Part shown: positions 58,409-64,000 of the stretch, piece by piece
How the letters are laid out: each line of letters opens with the position of its first letter
How positions within the stretch are numbered: position 1 is the first letter of the stretch
Notes under the pieces: generated by a model
Database searches by the model: none
Told to the model about the DNA's origin: nothing
Seen by the model: only the letters and a program-made list of their open reading frames with translations
Assembly: GCA_963678315.1 (NCBI GenBank)
Contig: OY782781.1
Location: forward strand, 608,001 to 672,000
Length of the DNA stretch: 64,000 nucleotides
Direction: 5' to 3'
Origin: Candidatus Cloacimonadales bacterium
Lineage (GTDB): Bacteria; Cloacimonadota; Cloacimonadia; Cloacimonadales; JAFGVF01
Made by a program: the position numbers and the translations under genes

Positions 58409-58903
58409 TTACCAGTCTTCCAATGTATTTTGCATTATTTTCTCAAATAAATCTTCGTAGATGCCATTTTTAGCATCATCATAGTTATCGTATTCAGCTC
58501 CAGTTTCAACACCATTAACTGAATATATTTGCGATACTCTAAGGTTTTTCTCGTCATATAGTACTTGATTGTTCTTCATATCCGTCATCTTAATAGAGAA
58601 TGACATCTTAATTATATATTCTTCCACATTATTGGCAGAATCTGAAGAATGTATTTCTTCATTATAGCCCAAAACCGAACCTTGTAATAGTATATCTGGT
58701 GATTGATTGACAATATTTAGCCGACCATCATCAGAATATTGCTCTATCATACTATCGAACACTTCAACTTCTAAATTACTTTCCGTGGATTTGTTCTCAA
58801 AGGGTTCTATACGCAGAGTTTCCAAGTCTGGATATTGGTTAGTTCTGAACGAGTAACTGCAACCAAATGTGATAATTATCAATATAATTAAACAAATTTT
58901 CAT
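58409..58903 (-). CDS. lptE: LptE-like LPS assembly lipoprotein
   Basis: Lipobox TFGC followed by SYSF; PFENKS; start probably MKICL. Confidence 0.7.
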   Translation of the reverse strand: MKICLIILIIITFGCSYSFRTNQYPDLETLRIEPFENKSTESNLEVEVFDSMIEQYSDDGRLNIVNQSPDILLQGSVLGYNEEIHSSDSANNVEEYIIKMSFSIKMTDMKNNQVLYDEKNLRVSQIYSVNGVETGAEYDNYDDAKNGIYEDLFEKIMQNTLEDW

Positions 58904-59034
58904 AAATTTCTTGACCATGTTTATAAGGTCTATCATTTATTGTATTTGTCAAGTAATAGTTTAGCATAATTAGAGGTTAATTAAATTCATCAATAAAAAT
59001 GATTAGAATTAAGATAAAAATAGTTGGAGGAACA

Positions 59035-59691
59035 ATGGAGAAAAAGTTACTCACTAAAAGTGAGGCAGCTAAGTATTTGAAACTTACAGAAAGTGTTATT
59101 GATGAAATGATAGCCCAGAAACTTTTTACAACTAAAAGTGTTGGACGTGCTATTAAAATTGACTCTGCGTCTATTGATGAATGGAGAGAAAGTCTTTCAG
59201 AACAAGAAGTTAGAGAGCTTGCTTTAAAGAAAACTATTTGTAGATTTAAAGAGTATTTTAGAACAGAATGTATTTTCTTAGACTTCGAAGCAAATAATAA
59301 ATATGAAGCAATTAGATTCATGTCTGAAAAAGCAAAAGAATTAAAACTAGTTAAAGATGCTAGATGGCTCTACGAAGTAGTTGTTGCTAGAGAAGAACTA
59401 GTATCTACCGCTGTAGGTAATGGTGTTGCATTATTGCACCCAAGACATCTTCACCCTTCAAAGATTAAAAAACCAACTGTATTGTTTGGTAGATGCCCTG
59501 AAGGTGTTGACTTCGATTCTATCGATAACAAACCTGTAACTCTTTTCTTTATGTTACTTTTACATGATGATAAACAGCATCTATTCTCATTATCATATCT
59601 TTCTAAAATAATGCTTAACGAAGATAATGTTAAGATATTGAATGGTGCTAAGGATATTTTAACTATACATAATACCCTAACAGACATCTAA
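59035..59691 (+). CDS. Excisionase-type HTH fused to PTS EIIA (PtsN-like) domain
   Basis: LLTKSEAAKYLK HTH; AREELVSTAVGNGVALLHPR EIIA motif; GGAGG before ATG 59035. Confidence 0.85.
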   Translation: MEKKLLTKSEAAKYLKLTESVIDEMIAQKLFTTKSVGRAIKIDSASIDEWRESLSEQEVRELALKKTICRFKEYFRTECIFLDFEANNKYEAIRFMSEKAKELKLVKDARWLYEVVVAREELVSTAVGNGVALLHPRHLHPSKIKKPTVLFGRCPEGVDFDSIDNKPVTLFFMLLLHDDKQHLFSLSYLSKIMLNEDNVKILNGAKDILTIHNTLTDI

Positions 59692-59706
59692 ATAAATGGA
59701 GATATA

Positions 59707-60159
59707 ATGGCTAAATTAGTTAGAGTAATTATTGGAAGCAAATCGGACCAAGAACAAGCGAACAAGATCTTAGAATTTTTAGATAAATTTGAGATTGAGT
59801 ATGATTTCTATGTTTCTTCAGCTCACAGAAAACCTGAACAAACAATGCAGCTAGCAAAGAATGCTAAGGATGAAGGTATACAAGTTATCATAGCTGGTGC
59901 TGGTATGGCTGCTCATTTACCTGGAGTAGTTGCATCACACACATCTTTACCAGTTATTGGAGTTCCATTCCAAGGAGCTACTCTTTCTGGAGAAGATGCG
60001 TTATTATCAATAGTTCAAATGCCTACTGGTATTCCTGTAGCAACTGTTGCAATCAATGGTGGTAAAAATGCAGCTATCTTAGCAGCTCAAATTATTGCCT
60101 TAAACAATGAGAAAATCAATAATAATCTACTAAGATTTAGAGAAGAACAATCTAAATAG
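59707..60159 (+). CDS. purE: N5-CAIR mutase
   Basis: GSKSD, SAHR, AGMAAHLPG, SIVQMP.GIPVATV. Confidence 0.96.
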   Translation: MAKLVRVIIGSKSDQEQANKILEFLDKFEIEYDFYVSSAHRKPEQTMQLAKNAKDEGIQVIIAGAGMAAHLPGVVASHTSLPVIGVPFQGATLSGEDALLSIVQMPTGIPVATVAINGGKNAAILAAQIIALNNEKINNNLLRFREEQSK

Positions 60160-60173
60160 TTTCACGTGAAACG
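60158..60173. promoter_or_regulatory. parS-like site
   Basis: aGTTTCACGTGAAACg, 14-bp perfect palindrome matching TGTTNCACGTGAAACA. Confidence 0.85.
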
Positions 60174-60196
60174 GGGCTTGTCCCCGTTTCTTTTTT
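60168..60196 (+). terminator. Terminator after purE, overlapping parS
   Basis: GAAACGGGG-CTTGT-CCCCGTTTC-TTTTTT. Confidence 0.8.
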
Positions 60197-60207
60197 ATGA
60201 GGTTTGT

Positions 60208-60891
60208 ATGGTCGATATTAAGGAAATGCAGAAAGGACACAAGGCACGCTTACAACAAAGATATCAAAATGAATCACTAGAGGCTTTTGAAGCTTATGAA
60301 GTTTTAGAGATGATTCTATCAATGACAATTATCAGGAAAGACACTAAACCAATAGCCAAAAAGTTGCTTAAAATCTATGGTTCATTAAATGGAGTAATGT
60401 CTACCCCAATTGAAGATTTACTTAGCAACGATTCTATAGGATTAAAAACAGCTACTAATATTAAATTGTTTAAGGATGTTAATGTTTACCTATTGAGGGA
60501 AAAAGTAATAAAGACTAATGTCTTCAAGAGTGTTAATGATGTTGAAAATTATCTACTCTCACGATATAAAGGTTGTAAGACAGAAGAATTTAGGGTTCTT
60601 TATTTAAATAGTAAGAATGTTCTGCTCAAGGATGCTGCAATATCTACAGGAACAAGCTCTAAAACTTATGTGGATTTTACATTGATGGCTAAGCATATAA
60701 TTGATATAGGTGCAACAGCAATTATAGTATTACACAATCACCCAAGTGGTTCAATTACACCTTCTGAGCAAGATATTAAAACAACCCAGAACCTCAAAAA
60801 GTTCTTAACTTACTTATCAGTAAGGCTACTTGATCATTTTATTATAGGTAGTAATGAGATACTTAGCTTTGCAGATGAAGGTTTAATCTAA
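60208..60891 (+). CDS. radC: RadC/JAB-domain protein
   Basis: EEFRVLYLN, HNHPSG, LLDHFII; GAGG before ATG 60208. Confidence 0.92.
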   Translation: MVDIKEMQKGHKARLQQRYQNESLEAFEAYEVLEMILSMTIIRKDTKPIAKKLLKIYGSLNGVMSTPIEDLLSNDSIGLKTATNIKLFKDVNVYLLREKVIKTNVFKSVNDVENYLLSRYKGCKTEEFRVLYLNSKNVLLKDAAISTGTSSKTYVDFTLMAKHIIDIGATAIIVLHNHPSGSITPSEQDIKTTQNLKKFLTYLSVRLLDHFIIGSNEILSFADEGLI

Positions 60892-60892
60892 A

Positions 60893-62047
60893 CTATATTT
60901 TCTCTGAGACTTTATATTTAATGCTTTTTAATTCTTTATTTCTGAATACTTGCAGTTCAACTTCATCACCAACAAATGTATCTATGATTGCAAGATCTAT
61001 ATCGCTTTCTTCAGTAATACTGATTCCATTTATGGCATATAAATAATCACCAACTTCTAATCCCGCTTTTTCGCATGGAGAATCAGCTTGAATACTTGCA
61101 ATTCTGACATATAATTTATTATTGTTAGCTCTGTTATATCTTTTGACCCTAAAACCAAACTCAATATCTCTTATTCTTCCATATTGCACTAACTCATAAA
61201 CTACTTTTTTCACCCTATTAATTGGAATAGCAAAACCTATACCTACTGAACCACCAGTACCAGATAAGATAAATGTATTAATCCCTACTACTTCTCCTTT
61301 TAAAGAGAGTAAGGGTCCTCCACTGTTTCCAGGGTTAATAGCTGCATCAGTCTGAATCATTCTTTTATAGACTTTATCTTCTTGAGTTCTATTTGAAGAA
61401 AAGTTTCTATTCATTGCCGAAATAACACCAAAAGATAGTGTAGGCTTAGAGTCTTTGATAACAAATCCATAAGGATTACCTAAAGCATAAACAAACTGAC
61501 CTAAAACTAGTTTATCAGAATCTGCGATTTTTGAACAATGATATCCGTTACCTTCCATTTTAAGGACTGCAATATCATGTTCAGGAGCTCTACCAATAAT
61601 GCTAGCTTTTCTATAGTCACCATTATCTAAAACAATCGTGATATCAATCGCTTTTTCAACTACATGTGAGTTGGTAACCAAATAACCATCTTCAGTAATA
61701 ATCACACCTGTACCAATAGATTGCACATCTTTATAGCGAGGGTAAAGTCCAAAGAATTGATCTAATGGAGAATATCTTCTAGGGTCATTATGTTCTCTTT
61801 TTAACACATTCACAGACACCACAAAATTAGATGATAGTTGTGCAGAAGTAACTAATGACTCTTGTATATCATCTACTGTGATTTCATCTATATTATCAAA
61901 AACATTATTTAATTGTTTAATATCATTCTTTTGAACAAAGTTATTTTCTTCTAATCTATCCATTATTGTGTAATCAATATACTTCAAAATACCAAATGCA
62001 ATAGAAATAGATAGTAAGCTTACCAGGATTATTTTTGATAGTTTCAC
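60893..62047 (-). CDS. HtrA/DegP-like serine protease with PDZ domain
   Basis: TNSHVV, DIAVLK, QTDAAINPGNSGGP; likely GTG start 62047 after AGGGG. Confidence 0.92.
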   Translation of the reverse strand: MKLSKIILVSLLSISIAFGILKYIDYTIMDRLEENNFVQKNDIKQLNNVFDNIDEITVDDIQESLVTSAQLSSNFVVSVNVLKREHNDPRRYSPLDQFFGLYPRYKDVQSIGTGVIITEDGYLVTNSHVVEKAIDITIVLDNGDYRKASIIGRAPEHDIAVLKMEGNGYHCSKIADSDKLVLGQFVYALGNPYGFVIKDSKPTLSFGVISAMNRNFSSNRTQEDKVYKRMIQTDAAINPGNSGGPLLSLKGEVVGINTFILSGTGGSVGIGFAIPINRVKKVVYELVQYGRIRDIEFGFRVKRYNRANNNKLYVRIASIQADSPCEKAGLEVGDYLYAINGISITEESDIDLAIIDTFVGDEVELQVFRNKELKSIKYKVSEKI

Positions 62048-62055
62048 GTGAAACA
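62040..62055. promoter_or_regulatory. parS-like site
   Basis: aGTTTCACGTGAAACA; gives the MFHVK peptide in the ORF track. Confidence 0.85.
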
Positions 62056-62058
62056 CCC

Positions 62059-62790
62059 CTATAAATATTGTTTTATTAGTTCTTCTACTTTACCAACGTC
62101 ACAAGTAGTATTGAAACAAGGACCATTAGGTCTATTATTCAAAACACCTAGCGTTGGTATCATCTCTATATCTTTTATGCCTTCTATAAGGTCTCTGTAA
62201 CAAGCAACAGCGATAATAACTTTAGGTCTTGAATCCTTAATTATCTTACGAGCTAAAGTCCCACCAGTTGCCACTCTAATATTGACCTTATACTTCCTAT
62301 GCAGAGCCTTAAAGTCTTTAATTACACACTTACCACAATCTACACAATTATTTATATCATAGGTTATTTTGTGGCCACAATCAGCATTCTGCAGACAGTG
62401 GGGAAGTAGAACAAGTATATCCTCAGGATTATATTTCTTAAGAGATTTTTTTGCTATAATGTTGTTCCATTCAATTAGTTTACCTGTAAACTTCTCATAT
62501 CCTTGTGAACTTGACCTATAGAATAAGTGAATTAGTGGATAAATTTGCTTGTTTAAAAAGAAGTGTGAAATCTCTGAAAAGAGTCTTTTCTTTTTAGAAA
62601 TGACATTAAATACCACTGTTGTTACAGCAAATAAGTTGAGAAATACAAGCAATGGGATTAGTATTAAGTATACTAATTTTGTTAGTATTAAAGAATAGCT
62701 TTCTGCAACAAAAGGAGCTATTATTAACATAAGTATGATAATAGTAAAGCTAATAAAATAGACTAGCCATGAATAGATATTCTTAGCCAA
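62059..62790 (-). CDS. DUF116-like membrane protein
   Basis: LLPHCLQ...C, C..CGKC, ATGGTLAR, AVAC, GPCFNT; typical neighbour of fmt. Confidence 0.75.
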   Translation of the reverse strand: MAKNIYSWLVYFISFTIIILMLIIAPFVAESYSLILTKLVYLILIPLLVFLNLFAVTTVVFNVISKKKRLFSEISHFFLNKQIYPLIHLFYRSSSQGYEKFTGKLIEWNNIIAKKSLKKYNPEDILVLLPHCLQNADCGHKITYDINNCVDCGKCVIKDFKALHRKYKVNIRVATGGTLARKIIKDSRPKVIIAVACYRDLIEGIKDIEMIPTLGVLNNRPNGPCFNTTCDVGKVEELIKQYL

Positions 62791-63745
62791 GGATCTCCCC
62801 TATTCCAAGCTTATTACCTAAATTATAGGCATGTGCAGACATTACTTTTTTACCTTCAGCTTGAACTTCAGTAACAAGTAATTCTCCACCATTGCAGGAG
62901 ACTACAAAACCAACATTCTTGATAACATCAATAATTTTACCTAAGTCTTGGTGTTGTTTATTACTATGCACGCTAGCTCTTAATATCTTTAACCATTTGC
63001 CATTACGAACAGTCTTAGCTCCTGGAATATAGGATAAGCCTCTAATTTTCCCTAAGTTATCCACAATATCATCCTTCCAGTTAATAAGCAAATCTTCTTT
63101 TTCTATTTTTCGTGTAAAAGTAGCTTGTTCATGATCTTGCGGTATTGCTTCAAGCCCTTCTTGCTCAATACTTTCAAGTAATTCTATCAAGAGGTCAGCC
63201 CCTCGATGAGACATCATTTCCGAGTATTCAGTGAAGATAGTCTCCTTCTTAATAGGGAACTTCTTTTGCAGTAAGATTGGACCAGCATCCATGGCTGCAA
63301 CTATTTTAAATATTGAAATACCTGATTGATCTAAGTTATCAAACATAGTAGATTGTAGAGGAGAAGCTCCTCGATATTTAGGAAGCAGAGAAGGATGTAA
63401 GTTAATACAGCCTAAAGGAGCCATTTTTCGAAGCTTTTTGCCCAAATAACCGCCATACGCCACCGTTATAATGATATCTGGACTAAGGAGTCTAATTTCT
63501 TCTAAAACGTCCTCAGAATTGATATTTGGAGGCTGTAAAACTGGCACTCCATTTTCTAGTGCGCTAATTTTAACAGGAGTTGCTTGTAATTGCTTTTTTC
63601 TGCCTTTAGGTTTGTCAGGTTGGGTAACCACTAATACGGGTTTGTATTTTGAGGTACACAATCTTTCAAAGCTTGGAACTGCAAAATCAGGTGTACCTAA
63701 AAACACAACATTTTTAATATTTGCTTTTTTGAATATTTTCGCCAT
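62783..63745 (-). CDS. fmt: Methionyl-tRNA formyltransferase
   Basis: FLGTPDFA, TQPD, NLHPSLLPKYRGASP, MDAG; start 63745 or 63751. Confidence 0.96.
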   Translation of the reverse strand: MAKIFKKANIKNVVFLGTPDFAVPSFERLCTSKYKPVLVVTQPDKPKGRKKQLQATPVKISALENGVPVLQPPNINSEDVLEEIRLLSPDIIITVAYGGYLGKKLRKMAPLGCINLHPSLLPKYRGASPLQSTMFDNLDQSGISIFKIVAAMDAGPILLQKKFPIKKETIFTEYSEMMSHRGADLLIELLESIEQEGLEAIPQDHEQATFTRKIEKEDLLINWKDDIVDNLGKIRGLSYIPGAKTVRNGKWLKILRASVHSNKQHQDLGKIIDVIKNVGFVVSCNGGELLVTEVQAEGKKVMSAHAYNLGNKLGIGEILG

Positions 63746-64000
63746 TGTCATTTGTTTTATTTTTTATGCTATTAATCTTCGGTTTATGAAGTAATAGTTT
63801 TAGTTTTGTAAGATGGTCAATAAAGAGCACACCTTTTAAATGGTCAAACTCATGCTGGAAAACTACAGCTGGAAAATCTGTTAATTCTTCTTCTATAGGA
63901 TTTCCATATCTATCTTGAGCTTTAATCTTAATGTGGTTCGGACGCTTTACCTTCTCAAACACATCAGGAACGCTTAGGCATCCTTCTTCGTGAGTAATAG
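63714..64000 (-). CDS. def: Peptide deformylase (5' part outside the window)
   Basis: EEGCLSVP and FQHEFDHLKG. Confidence 0.93.
   Translation of the reverse strand, partial: ITHEEGCLSVPDVFEKVKRPNHIKIKAQDRYGNPIEEELTDFPAVVFQHEFDHLKGVLFIDHLTKLKLLLHKPKINSIKNKTNDNGENIQKSKY

Noticed and set aside
60166..60207. N-terminal extension of radC (MKRGLSPF), likewise MFH of HtrA
   Set aside because: These starts derive from the parS/terminator sequence; better SD-supported starts are at 60208 and 62047
63057..63065. DnaA box TTATCCACA (also 32749-32757)
   Set aside because: Isolated copies inside coding sequence, with no cluster indicating oriC
1749..63794. Numerous 60-130 aa antisense or alternate-frame ORFs inside long genes
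   Set aside because: Shadow ORFs overlapping well-supported genes, with no recognisable motifs

Overview
AT-rich bacterial chromosomal window. Gene content suggests a diderm anaerobe, probably Candidatus Cloacimonadota or a related FCB lineage (inference from LptE/LolA/KdsB, a gingipain-like protease and FlgD-Ig/T9SS-like C-termini). Most genes are housekeeping: fba-gap, acyP-LysM/M23-sigma70-ptb, lepA, a chromate transporter pair, pabABC, znuABC, pepF, comM, kdsB, mnmG, engB, queD, manC, lolA-ftsK-ychF-rluB-lptE, purE, radC, htrA, fmt, def. Five large secreted modular proteins are interspersed: a Kgp-like C25 protease, a CotH kinase, a GLUG protein and two paralogues sharing a near-identical 200-aa C-terminus. 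Three things stand out. (1) A combinatorial family of REP-like hairpin modules forms mosaic intergenic arrays with compensatory base changes and branched loop inserts, almost always beside the secreted-protein genes. (2) A ~7.2-kb cassette, bracketed by ~100-bp direct repeats of these modules, carries a TPR-sensing sigma54 activator between two secreted paralogues, each with a GG-N10-GC promoter. (3) Two parS palindromes suggest origin proximity; one overlaps a terminator and one a start codon. No CRISPR, tRNA, rRNA or transposase was recognised. All calls come from reading the sequence only; no searches were run.
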